A stretch of 63,815 bases of DNA, counting the filler, from Chrysochromulina tobinii (Eukaryota): the NCBI GenBank assembly GCA_001275005.1. It is 8 parts of 8 records of this genome, joined end to end, with 100 filler letters (N's around TTAATTAATTAA, not from the genome) between each part and the next. Parts side by side here need not be neighbours in the genome. Positions count along the whole stretch, not along the records: positions 20,779 to 42,536 come from JWZX01000777.1; 7 more parts are not named here. One strand, given 5' to 3'. Shown piece by piece: positions 31,334 through 40,806 of this stretch. The position numbers were made by a program, and so were the translations under genes. Every line of letters starts with the position of its first letter. Positions within the stretch are counted from its first letter, which is position 1. The notes below the pieces were generated by a model. That model was not told the DNA's origin. It did not search any database and saw only the letters and a list, made by a program, of their open reading frames with translations.

Positions 31334-33007
31334 ATGGTGCGCATCGGGTTAGCCTTCCTTTTGCTCGTGCAGTCGACTCGGGCCCAGGACTTCTGCTCGC
31401 CCAAGAACATCTCCGCGGACGATGCTCCTTGCCACGGGTTCGACTGCCTCAAACAGTACTGCGACAAGGCGGACGCGAACTACAAGTGGGAGGACACTGG
31501 CATTCGGCTGCACGGAACGCACCCTACGATAGCGGGTCACAACTGGACGGGCTACGTGATCAACATGACCTCGCAGAGTTGGCTCCGGCCCGAGGACTTT
31601 GACTTCTCGTGGTGCGGCAACAAGCCGATCGGGCACATTTGGTGGCACATACTCGTGATCGTAGTCCCGTCTACACTTCGCGATTCCAACGGTACCGCCT
31701 TCTTGTACATGACGGGTGGGGATAATGACGGCAACCCCATCCCGGACGCGGGCTCGGAGGACCTACTGGTCGCCGCGTACGTGGCGCTTGAGACGGGCTC
31801 CATCGGCGCAGCGCTTTTCCAGGTGCCCAACCAGCACATAGTCTTTGCAGCCGATCCGCTCAAGAAGCACCGCTCCGAGGACGCGGTGATCGCCTTCACG
31901 TGGCAGCAGTACGTAGCCGACCCGGTGAGCACCGCGAGCGAGTGGCCACTGCGCCTGCCCATGACCAAGGCTGGCGTGCGCGCACTCGACACTATCAGTG
32001 CCTTCGTGGCGCAGTCGCTGCCTGGCGTTAAGCCCGTCGAACGCTTCGGGATCGCGGGCGCGTCCAAGCGCGGCTGGACGACGTGGACGCTCGCAGCGGT
32101 GGACGCGCGCGTGGTGGCGGCGATGCCGATCGTGATGGACGAGTTGAACCTCATCCCGAACATCCACCACCACTACAAGAGCTACGGCGGCTGGAGCTTC
32201 GCGCTCGCCGATTACTGGGAGCTCAATTTCACCGCGTGCCTCGATCACCCGAACACGGCGGCCTTGATGAAGATCGTCGACCCTTACAGCTACGCCGAGC
32301 GACTTACGATGCCCAAGCTGATCATCAACTCGGGCATGGATGAGTTCTTCTTGCCCGATGACACGCATTGGTGGTGGGACGAGATGCCCGAGCCCAAGCG
32401 CTTTCTGATGGTGCCCAACGCCGAGCACTCGGAGGCGACTGGAGTGCTCGAGCTCGTGCCCGACGCGGCCACATTCCTGAACGCGCTCATCGCGACCGAC
32501 TTCGATGCGGCGACGCTGCCCAACTTCCGGCAGAGCACCGACCCCGCGAGCGGCGCCATCACCGTCACAGTCGAGCCCGCCGCCAAGGCGCGCCTCAAGG
32601 CAGTTCATTTGTGGCATGCGACCACATGCAACGGGGAGCGGCGCGACTTTCGGGTCCTCAACTCCGCGGGCTGGGGTCCGAGCGGCTCGTGCACGCCCTG
32701 CGGGTTCGGCGCCAAGGGCATATGCACCAACCTGAGGGTCCTGTGGAACGTGTCGACACTGAGCGAGCAGACGCCAGGCAGCGGTGTGTACGTGGGCGTC
32801 AAGCCGCCACCCGCCGACGGGCGCTGGGCGGCCTTCTTCATCGACGTGACCTGGGAGCAGACGGCGGCGGCGGCGGGTCCGCTCAGCTCGGGCTGGCCGG
32901 TGCTGCCATCTGGCGACTTCGAGTGGACGTCGCAGGTCTCCGTCGTGCCGAACACGTACCCCTTCGACGACTGCCATGGGAGCGGGTGCCAGGGCAAGCT
33001 CGTGTAG
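31334..33007 (+). CDS. pqaA: Secreted PqaA/AprA-family alpha/beta-hydrolase, copy B
   Basis: Signal peptide MVRIGLAFLLLVQSTRA; INMTSQSWL, IWWH, RSEDAVIAFTW, RLPMTKA, AGASKRGWTTW, VDPYSY..RLTMPK, GMDEFF.PD, PNAEHS. Confidence 0.93.
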   Translation: MVRIGLAFLLLVQSTRAQDFCSPKNISADDAPCHGFDCLKQYCDKADANYKWEDTGIRLHGTHPTIAGHNWTGYVINMTSQSWLRPEDFDFSWCGNKPIGHIWWHILVIVVPSTLRDSNGTAFLYMTGGDNDGNPIPDAGSEDLLVAAYVALETGSIGAALFQVPNQHIVFAADPLKKHRSEDAVIAFTWQQYVADPVSTASEWPLRLPMTKAGVRALDTISAFVAQSLPGVKPVERFGIAGASKRGWTTWTLAAVDARVVAAMPIVMDELNLIPNIHHHYKSYGGWSFALADYWELNFTACLDHPNTAALMKIVDPYSYAERLTMPKLIINSGMDEFFLPDDTHWWWDEMPEPKRFLMVPNAEHSEATGVLELVPDAATFLNALIATDFDAATLPNFRQSTDPASGAITVTVEPAAKARLKAVHLWHATTCNGERRDFRVLNSAGWGPSGSCTPCGFGAKGICTNLRVLWNVSTLSEQTPGSGVYVGVKPPPADGRWAAFFIDVTWEQTAAAAGPLSSGWPVLPSGDFEWTSQVSVVPNTYPFDDCHGSGCQGKLV

Positions 33008-33674
33008 GGTCACAGGGAGTTTTGAACGCTTCTCAAGGGGGTAGGGGCGGAGCTATGATTAGTGACCGGAAAGTTCACACCTACGCGAGGAAACGGTGAT
33101 GGTCCGGTGTCAGACGATCATTTGGAACTATTACTATACCTAGTACGGCTTTATTGTTTATACCCGACCGGTGCGGATCGTTATACGTTAATTCCGTCTG
33201 GTCTTGATTCGTCGTAACCTCTAAACCTGTGCGGGCGCGACTCCATGTAAACTCCATGCCGATGCCTGACTCCCGCTCGTGAACAGCCGCGTGCGGTAAG
33301 AGCGTAAGTCTCTAGGCTGTACGTACCCGCGGACGAGATCGCGACCCGTCCGATCGTTACTCTAAGTTAAGACCTTAACGCGGTTATAAGATACATGCAG
33401 GCAGGTGAAAGGCGAGAGGATAGGCTGTCGATCTCGTCACCGTCGGCGACGAATCCCTGGGAACCCAATTCTAACTCGGGCGAAATCCCGTCGGCAGTCG
33501 GCACCAACGCTGTGGAAAGTGGGTGGTGACGAAACTATCGACAGATCGGGAAGAGTCCGCGGAGTCCAAAGTTGGCTTTTCTCAAGCTCAACGAAGACTG
33601 ACAGGCAGGACAGCCATCCTGCTCGCTGCTCTCTCTCTGCTCAGCTCGACAGTCAAAGCCAAACCAGCGACAAG

Positions 33675-34331
33675 ATGGCTCACCAGAGATCCAGCCGCCT
33701 CAACGTCGAGATCTTCGGCAACCCAGCCGCGTCGAACAGAATCAAGACGCTCGCCACCGAGAGGGCGGAGAATGATGAAGCCCACGACACGTCCATGGGC
33801 ACGCACAACTTGAGCATGACCGGAGACATGCCGATCGCTCAGCCGAACATGCTAGCGCTCCTCACATACCTTAATACGGCAATCGAGCGAGGCGACAGCA
33901 GGATGGAACTGGAAAGGCGCGCCATCGACGTGGCCAAGTACATGGGCGCCAGCCGTCCCATCACCGCGGTCAACTGCGTAATCGCCGCATGCCTTCTCAT
34001 CATGCAACCGAAAAGGTTCAAGGGCGCCAAAGCGGCCGCTCAGGCGTGCGACTGCAGCATGTCAAATTGCCACAAGTGGCTCAAGTTGCTGCGCGACAAA
34101 ATCCACGAAGAAATGGCAGACGACACGGCGAGCGGCAGCCGCGAGGCTGCCCCATTGGCGCAACTTGAGCAGCCCACTATGGATGACACTCCGGCCGAGA
34201 CCGACTCGCTCGCCGAAGCTAACACGATCGCCTCCCTCATCCTCTTGGGCCACTGCGCCCCGTCGGTCGACCTCGACCTACGGGAGGCCGCACCCAGCTC
34301 GACTGGACCGCCTTCGTTCCCCAGGTTATAA
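33675..34331 (+). CDS. Hypothetical protein, possible HTH-like segment
   Basis: Non-repetitive 218-aa ORF; AKAAAQACDCSMSNCHKWLK weakly HTH-like. Confidence 0.4.
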   Translation: MAHQRSSRLNVEIFGNPAASNRIKTLATERAENDEAHDTSMGTHNLSMTGDMPIAQPNMLALLTYLNTAIERGDSRMELERRAIDVAKYMGASRPITAVNCVIAACLLIMQPKRFKGAKAAAQACDCSMSNCHKWLKLLRDKIHEEMADDTASGSREAAPLAQLEQPTMDDTPAETDSLAEANTIASLILLGHCAPSVDLDLREAAPSSTGPPSFPRL

Positions 34332-34437
34332 TAATGCTAAACTTACGATATGACTTCACCAACCATCAAAAAAGCCGCACACCGGGATTCAGAAGCCGCG
34401 CTGTGCCATGTGTAACGAGCCGGACCGGACTGGGGAT

Positions 34438-35634
34438 TCAGAAGTCGCGCTGTGCCATGTGCGGGCCCTTGGCTGCTTTCGCCCCACTGATGGCTTCGTG
34501 CAGGCGCCGACTCGTAATCTGGCGCATCTCGTCCGCGCGGACCACATCCCCCCAAGCGGCGACCATAGCATGCAGGTGCGCCACGTCGGCGGCCGCATAC
34601 TCCATGAGCGCCGGCGCGAGTGGCCGTGTCTTCCACACCTCGTATCTCCCGCCGAGCTCGGGCACGAAGAGAGCGTGCGCCAGCTTCTTAAGTTGGGCGA
34701 GGCTCTGGCCATGCTTGCCAGCGAGCAGGCTTGGACATGCCTCGAGCGCCTTGCCCAGGCCTGGCAGCCTGCCCTGGCTCAGCGGCCGTGACGAGGGCAC
34801 GCAGCTCGAGGGCACGCTACCCGTGGCCACGCCGTCCGTGGTCGACCCACTCGGAGCGGCGGCGGCGGCGGCATCCAGATGACGCGCACAGAGCACCTGG
34901 CAGTCGCACACGTTGGTGAGTCGGGTCTGGTGTAGGTGAAAGAGCGCATCGGCATCCGCGCGGCCGTCGAAGATGAGCTTTCGAGTGGCCGTCGACTCGA
35001 GCAGCGCACGCAGCCCACCCTCCTCAAAGGCGGATTGCTGCAGCCGATAGATATCGATGAGCACGGTGGGACTGCCATCGTCGGCAGCGAGCTGCGCAAG
35101 GAGCATCTCGCCATCACGGCACAGGTTGATACCCTCAAAATCGACAGCTACGCTGGCCACCTTGCCCAGACGATCGCAGTGCTCGCGGCACAAGGCGACC
35201 GTATCGACGAGCACCGGCCCCGCCCCATCACCTCGACTGCCAACTACCGCAGCCAGCACCGCCTCAAGCGACATGGGTGCCTTTGGCACCCCATGCACAA
35301 TCTCGCGAACGACGAGGCGATCCGCATGCGAAAACGTGCACGTACTAGCGCACCTGTAGCCCCTGTAGGTGCGTTGGAAACAGACACCGCCTCGCACATT
35401 GCACGCCGTCATCTGGCCAGGGTTGCGCATGTCGGGTCGAGCGTCAAATTGAACCCTTGTGCCCTCCTTGAGCGCGTCGCCATCGTTGATCTGCGTTCTG
35501 TGCACAAATATCTTCCCAGCGCCTTCCGTCCGTTCAATGAAGCCCCATCCCAAGTTGCCGCCATCATCGCCGCGCTTCCACATGACGACGATGCCATCTT
35601 CTGACATGGGCGTTTTCCGCTTGTTCTTGCCCAT
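34438..35634 (-). CDS. Cold-shock domain + CCCH-like finger + DEDDy 3'-5' exonuclease (EXD1/Egalitarian-like)
   Basis: CSD RNP motifs GWGFI and IFVHRTQI; CFQ..RCASTCTFSH; ExoI VAVDFEG, ExoII FDGRADADAL, ExoIII W.TRPL...MEYAAADV. Confidence 0.87.
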   Translation of the reverse strand: MGKNKRKTPMSEDGIVVMWKRGDDGGNLGWGFIERTEGAGKIFVHRTQINDGDALKEGTRVQFDARPDMRNPGQMTACNVRGGVCFQRTYRGYRCASTCTFSHADRLVVREIVHGVPKAPMSLEAVLAAVVGSRGDGAGPVLVDTVALCREHCDRLGKVASVAVDFEGINLCRDGEMLLAQLAADDGSPTVLIDIYRLQQSAFEEGGLRALLESTATRKLIFDGRADADALFHLHQTRLTNVCDCQVLCARHLDAAAAAAPSGSTTDGVATGSVPSSCVPSSRPLSQGRLPGLGKALEACPSLLAGKHGQSLAQLKKLAHALFVPELGGRYEVWKTRPLAPALMEYAAADVAHLHAMVAAWGDVVRADEMRQITSRRLHEAISGAKAAKGPHMAQRDF

Positions 35635-36422
35635 CACTAGCTGCGAAGGGAACGAGACGGTCGCGGGAGCGACGACGAGGCCCTGCTTTGGAAGAATTCC
35701 GCAGAGCTCTGGGACCAGAAAGGCAGTCAGTTTTTGTCGCCGCCCCCCGCGCAAGGACGGCTTGCTTTGCGGCTTGACGGCTCCGCTGCCCTCGGTCAAT
35801 ACAAGTAACTAGTATAGTATACTAAGGACTCGCTCTCATCTCCGGGCCCTCTACTCACAATTGTTGCTATCTTGAGTATTATTGTGTGAGGTCGTGCTTT
35901 CCCATCGCGCGCACAGGCCTCAGGGCGGGGTGATCCCTCCTGCTTGCTGCCCGTGTAGATGCTGCTGGGCGGGATTGTGGCAGATGATCAGGTGGGGGGC
36001 TACGTATTGCTGATGCTGTCATGGTATTACCACTTTTCGACCTGTGTGGGGCGTGACGGGTCTTTGACTCGGGTGTGGGTGTCAGATGATCTGGAGCGGT
36101 GCCTGTCTTGGCCGGTCTTTTTCACCTCGAAATTCGAACCTCCGAAAAAGGGCGTGCGAACGTTTCAAGCGCACAAAGCCGTTAACGCGTAAGCTTAACG
36201 TTAAACGTAAGCGACGGCGATCGTAACGCTTTTGGCTTTTCACATAAATACGAAGACGAGACCGATCTCAGTCAGCACGCGTCAGTTATAATTGGACCGC
36301 GAGCTATCGTATGTTTGTGCAGATGAAGCTCTCTGGCTGACTGTAGCTCTCCACAAGACCAAGATATGGAGCCGTACCCACGTCCTCGGACCTCGCCTGC
36401 CACCGCTGCGCTCGCTCCTCTT

Positions 36423-39400
36423 TCAATAGCCCACCTCTCCCACGAGCTCCTTGTAGTCAAGGAAGGCCTTCTCGTCGGCCTTGGGCTTGGCAGGGGCGGC
36501 GCCCGCCACCACCCGTGGGGGTGGCAGGCCGAGGGCCTCGAGTAGCTTAGTACGCGCGGGCTTGGCGTCCTTGTCGAGGTCGCCGAGCCACGCCGTCTCC
36601 AGCAGCACTCCCTGGAGCAACTCGAGACGCGGCTCACCCGCTGGCATGGCGGCGGGGAGCGGGGGCTCGCCGTCGGCGGGCGGCGGGGAGCCATCGTCGA
36701 CAGGCATCGGCTCCAGCTCTCCGGGGTCGCCGTACGTGAGGAGATGGACGTAGAACTGGTCGGCGGTGGCCTTGCGCACCTTCGGGAAGCGATGCGCGAG
36801 GAGGAGGACGAGAGTGCGAACCACCTCAGTACGCCTGGGCCCGCTCGTGTGCGGGAGGAGCAGCACGAGCAGCTGGAGGGCCACGAGCAAGGTGGGTACG
36901 TCCTTCGAGCGAGAGGCTGGCTGGATGGCGACGAGCAGCTCGGAGGCGAGGGAAGCGCCATGGGCAGCGAGGGCGCCCTCGAGCAAACGGGACTCGACGA
37001 GAAGGACAGCGGTGCGCATCAGGGGCAGCTGGAGACGTGCCGTGCTCGCATGCTCGAGGAGGAGCGCCACGAGCTCCGACCCGAAGGCGGAGCGCTCGGA
37101 GGCGCTCATCGCGCTCACCTGCTTCATGAGCGCTCCGGCGGCCGCTTTCGTGGTCGACTCGGTGATGCCGCCCGCGGAGACGGACAGGCCGCGCAGCGTG
37201 GCTTTGCGGTACGCGGCGCATGAGAGGAGCTGCGCCGTGCGTGGGAAGCATTCGTGCGGTGCGAGGTAGATGGAGGTGCTCATCGCCGCCTCCGCCACGG
37301 CCGCCGCGCTCGACGAGTCCGCTCTGGCGGTGGCGGGCACGGCGGCGGCGGTTGGCACGGCGGCCGCCTTGAGGAGGATGGCGGCGAGGTCGGCGTGCTG
37401 GGGCACGGGCGGGAGCTCCGTGTGCTCGAGCAGCCTGATGAGCGTGAGGGCCGCGAGCTCGCGTAGCTGGTCGATCTTCTCATTCGACAGCTGGGTGAGG
37501 AGCTCGACATAGCGCGCCGTCAGCCTGGGCATCGCGGCGGCGAGGGCGATGCTCTCGGCCTCTCGCTCGGCCAGGGGTGGCGCGCCAGGCGTGGGGCAAC
37601 CGAGGAGCAGCATCGGCAGCAGGCTCGCGATCGCCGCCTCGCGCACCCAGCTGCCCACGTCGCCGCGATTGTCCGTCTGGTAATCGCCGAGGGCTTCGAG
37701 CATCGCCGTCACTGCCTCGACGTACAACGCGGCGCTCATCCCCACCGCCCGTGGCGGCGACGGTGGCGGCGGCAGCGTGGATGCCTGCGGCGCACCGTCG
37801 GCCGCAGCCGCGGGCTTGGCTTCGTCGGCTGGCGTCGCGTGCCCGTCGGCCGCCGCCTCCCCGGCCGCCTCCCCCTCCCCCGCCCCCGCATCCGTTGACT
37901 CGGGTGTCGGCTCCGGAGTGAAGGCGGTGAGGCCGGAGGTGGTCGCGACTTGCAGGAGTGCCTTGATTGCGTTCCGGCGCGTCTCGGGGTCTCGCGCCTC
38001 CACGAGCGCCTCCATCTGTGACGCCTTCACGAGTGCCCGCACCGCCGTCGCGAGGCCGATCGCAAGCTGCGGGCGGGGCAGCGCGCCGAGGGCGAGCGAG
38101 TACCCACGGCGCAGCCCCGCGTTTGGATCCGAGAGCAGAGGCGCCGCGTACCGATCGACGAGTGGCTCGAGGAGCGTCGTACCGGGCGCGGGCGCGCTGA
38201 AGTACGCGGCGGCAACTGCCTGGAGCCCCGCGACAGCGGCGTGCGAGATGGGCTCGTGAGGGTGCTTGATGGAGTCATCAAGCGAGACGAGTTTCTCCTT
38301 GGACGCCTTCGGTCCTGATGGCAGCCGGAGGAGCGCACAGACCTCGAGCAGCCGCGCCGTCGCGCCGCGCATCACCTCGCCGCCACGGCCGCGGTACAGG
38401 CGCGCCTTCTCGATGGCAGGCACGAGGCCCGACACCGCCTTGCGCGTAGCATCGGGCAGCAGGCGTCCCTCGCCCCCGTAGCACGCGCGTGCGAGGCCGA
38501 GGAGCGCCTCGGCGATCATGTGGGTGGCGCCGTGACGAGCCTTGAGGTCAGGCGAGAGTGTCTTGTCGTACAGGGTTGGGAAGAGAGTGTCGAGCACGTA
38601 CGGCGCGTCCAGAGGTGCGAGGCATGCGGCCGCCTGCGCGGCGAGCAGCCGAATGTGAGGGTCCCAGTGCTTGAACTTGACGGTGGCGAGGTGGTCGAGG
38701 AGGGGGCCGCGGTACGCGTCGAAGCCCCCTAGGTACGTGCCGATCGTGAGGTATGCATTCGGGCGCGAGCCGACCGAAAAGTAGTCTGCCTTGGTGACGA
38801 TGTCGATGCCGTGTGGGAAGTTGCCCTGACGGCCCACGTTCTCCTGGAAGGCGGCCGCGGCGGCGCGCCGGCAGTTGACCTCCCGGTCGAAGACGACGAC
38901 GATGAGGAGCGCTTTGGCGAGGGGCTCGACGTGCGGCTGCATCACCGATGGCTCGAAGGCGCGCGCAAAGGCCCAGCACACGTAGCACGCCGCGTCGCGC
39001 ACGTGTGTGCCTACCGAGGTGGCGCCGCGCGGCACGTCGAAGTGGAGCGCGCTCACGATGCGCGGGAGCACCTGCGGCAGGCGCGCGGGCAGCAGCAGCC
39101 CACGCCTCGCGAGCTCGGCGAGCGCGAGGCAGCCGCCGTGCCACGCGTTCGCATCCTCCTTGTCAGAGAGCACCTCGAGCACGCTCTCGACGATATCGTC
39201 TGCCATGTCGAGCGGCAAGCGCGCGGTCACACGGCCGATGCCCTTCGCCGCCGACCAGCGCACGACGGTGTCGCCGTCGCCCAGCCCGCGGAGGAGCTGC
39301 TCGATGATCTCCTCGATGGCCTCGGGCACCTCGGCCTCCTCTTCTTCACCCTCCTCCTCGTCGTCCACTGCCACGTCCGCGGCCGCCGCGGCAGCAGCAG

Positions 39401-40508
39401 TGGCCGCGGAGGTGTCGGTGCCGGGCGCGGCCGTCAGCTGCAGATTCTTCTCGAGCGAGCGAGAGCCGCGCTGATAACGCCAAGCGGCTACGCGCGGCGG
39501 CAGGTAGACGGCCGCAACGCGCTGCAGCAGCTTGATGCCGAGCTTGCGCCGGATGACGGAGGGGTCCGTGAGCAGCGCCTCGGGCGATGCGGTCAGCGGG
39601 CCGAGCAGCGGCAGCATCGGGAGCAACTCCGTCCGGTGGCCGAGCTTGAAGATGGTCGCGACGGCAGTGTAGATTCCGACCATGAGGGAGGTGGCAAGGC
39701 CCGCGCCGCCCGCGGCCTCGGCGGCCGCACGGCCGCTCGAGAGCTCCGCGCCCGCCCACGTGATGAACGCACTCAGCTGTCGCTGCAGCCCCGGCCGCGT
39801 GAGCAGCCGCGCCAGGCAGATAGCCGCGCCATCGCGCGCGGGCCCTGTCGAGCCGAGGTAGCTCATCGCGAGCTTCTCGATCGCCTCGACGAGCGGACGG
39901 CCGCCGCGCGCCTCGGTCGAGGCGGCGGCCTGGGCCGCCTCGGTGGATCCGGCGGCCGCCGCGTTGGCGGCCAGCGGGACGGTCGAGTCGATGATGGAGA
40001 GGTCGAACGGGACCATGACCACCATCGAGAGCCACACCATGAGCGCGTAGGCGATCTGCCAGTTGGTCGCATCGGCGGGGCCGACGCCTGCGAGCAGGTG
40101 CACCAGCGGTTCCAAGTCCGCCACCTCGTGCGGCACGAACTTGACGATCGTCTTGTAGCCACGCACCTTGCAGAGGCTGTAGAAGACTCGGCACGCGTGC
40201 GGCAGCACGGCCTTCGGCCTGGTGCCACGCGAGACGCCGCGTACAGCCTCAAGCAGCGGCGTGACCATCGCCTCGAGCTTCGAGTCGAGGATCGAAGGCT
40301 GCTCTTGGTAGTGGTCGAGCACCTGCGCTACACGCTCGGCAGCGGCCTCGTGCTTCGCCGCGGGATCGTCGAGGCTCTGGATGAGCGCGACGACCTCGTC
40401 CGCCTCGACGAAGAAGGACGCTACCTGCATCTCGACGGGGTCGGCGTCCGCCGCCTCGTCGGGAGTGGCATCATTCAACGCGCCTTCCTCTGCAAAGGGG
40501 TCTGCCAT
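36423..40508 (-). CDS. TBCD: Tubulin-specific chaperone D
   Basis: YQEQP.ILD, KVRGYKTIVKF, VRWSAAKGIGR, WHGGCLALAELARRGLLLP, FDREVNCRRAAAAAFQENVGRQG, DY.TDNRGDVGSWVRE; single 1361-aa ORF. Confidence 0.97.
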   Translation of the reverse strand: MADPFAEEGALNDATPDEAADADPVEMQVASFFVEADEVVALIQSLDDPAAKHEAAAERVAQVLDHYQEQPSILDSKLEAMVTPLLEAVRGVSRGTRPKAVLPHACRVFYSLCKVRGYKTIVKFVPHEVADLEPLVHLLAGVGPADATNWQIAYALMVWLSMVVMVPFDLSIIDSTVPLAANAAAAGSTEAAQAAASTEARGGRPLVEAIEKLAMSYLGSTGPARDGAAICLARLLTRPGLQRQLSAFITWAGAELSSGRAAAEAAGGAGLATSLMVGIYTAVATIFKLGHRTELLPMLPLLGPLTASPEALLTDPSVIRRKLGIKLLQRVAAVYLPPRVAAWRYQRGSRSLEKNLQLTAAPGTDTSAATAAAAAAADVAVDDEEEGEEEEAEVPEAIEEIIEQLLRGLGDGDTVVRWSAAKGIGRVTARLPLDMADDIVESVLEVLSDKEDANAWHGGCLALAELARRGLLLPARLPQVLPRIVSALHFDVPRGATSVGTHVRDAACYVCWAFARAFEPSVMQPHVEPLAKALLIVVVFDREVNCRRAAAAAFQENVGRQGNFPHGIDIVTKADYFSVGSRPNAYLTIGTYLGGFDAYRGPLLDHLATVKFKHWDPHIRLLAAQAAACLAPLDAPYVLDTLFPTLYDKTLSPDLKARHGATHMIAEALLGLARACYGGEGRLLPDATRKAVSGLVPAIEKARLYRGRGGEVMRGATARLLEVCALLRLPSGPKASKEKLVSLDDSIKHPHEPISHAAVAGLQAVAAAYFSAPAPGTTLLEPLVDRYAAPLLSDPNAGLRRGYSLALGALPRPQLAIGLATAVRALVKASQMEALVEARDPETRRNAIKALLQVATTSGLTAFTPEPTPESTDAGAGEGEAAGEAAADGHATPADEAKPAAAADGAPQASTLPPPPSPPRAVGMSAALYVEAVTAMLEALGDYQTDNRGDVGSWVREAAIASLLPMLLLGCPTPGAPPLAEREAESIALAAAMPRLTARYVELLTQLSNEKIDQLRELAALTLIRLLEHTELPPVPQHADLAAILLKAAAVPTAAAVPATARADSSSAAAVAEAAMSTSIYLAPHECFPRTAQLLSCAAYRKATLRGLSVSAGGITESTTKAAAGALMKQVSAMSASERSAFGSELVALLLEHASTARLQLPLMRTAVLLVESRLLEGALAAHGASLASELLVAIQPASRSKDVPTLLVALQLLVLLLPHTSGPRRTEVVRTLVLLLAHRFPKVRKATADQFYVHLLTYGDPGELEPMPVDDGSPPPADGEPPLPAAMPAGEPRLELLQGVLLETAWLGDLDKDAKPARTKLLEALGLPPPRVVAGAAPAKPKADEKAFLDYKELVGEVGY

Positions 40509-40806
40509 GTTCGGGTCAACGCTGCAGGCCGTTGTGTGGTGGAAGCCCCTCCGTGAATGGGAGAAGAGGTCTCTCCGTTGGGGAATGAGGCGGCCCTGAG
40601 GCCTTGCGCGTCAACACCTCTTTTTCCCCACAGCTCGCCTGTTGGACAAATGCCGCTTCCGCTTGTGTTTACTCGACCGCCCTGAGGCTGCCCAGGGGCC
40701 GTTTGCTTGCTGCAACCCCCTTACACTCCGCATGTCCGACGGTCCTCCGAGGCCGCGTCGAACCCGCTCCGCCGACGGCGGCCAACCTGGCCCTCTGTCG
40801 CCCACG

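Noticed and set aside
30878..31467. Apparent overlap of the two PqaA ORFs in the ORF track
   Set aside because: The extensions are antisense read-through in GC-rich DNA; signal peptides place the starts at 31269/31263 and 31334
38811..40556. Long antisense or alternate-frame ORFs (also 10552-11958, 11580-12968, 30244-31602, 31763-33013)
   Set aside because: Shadow ORFs of high-GC3 genes with no motifs
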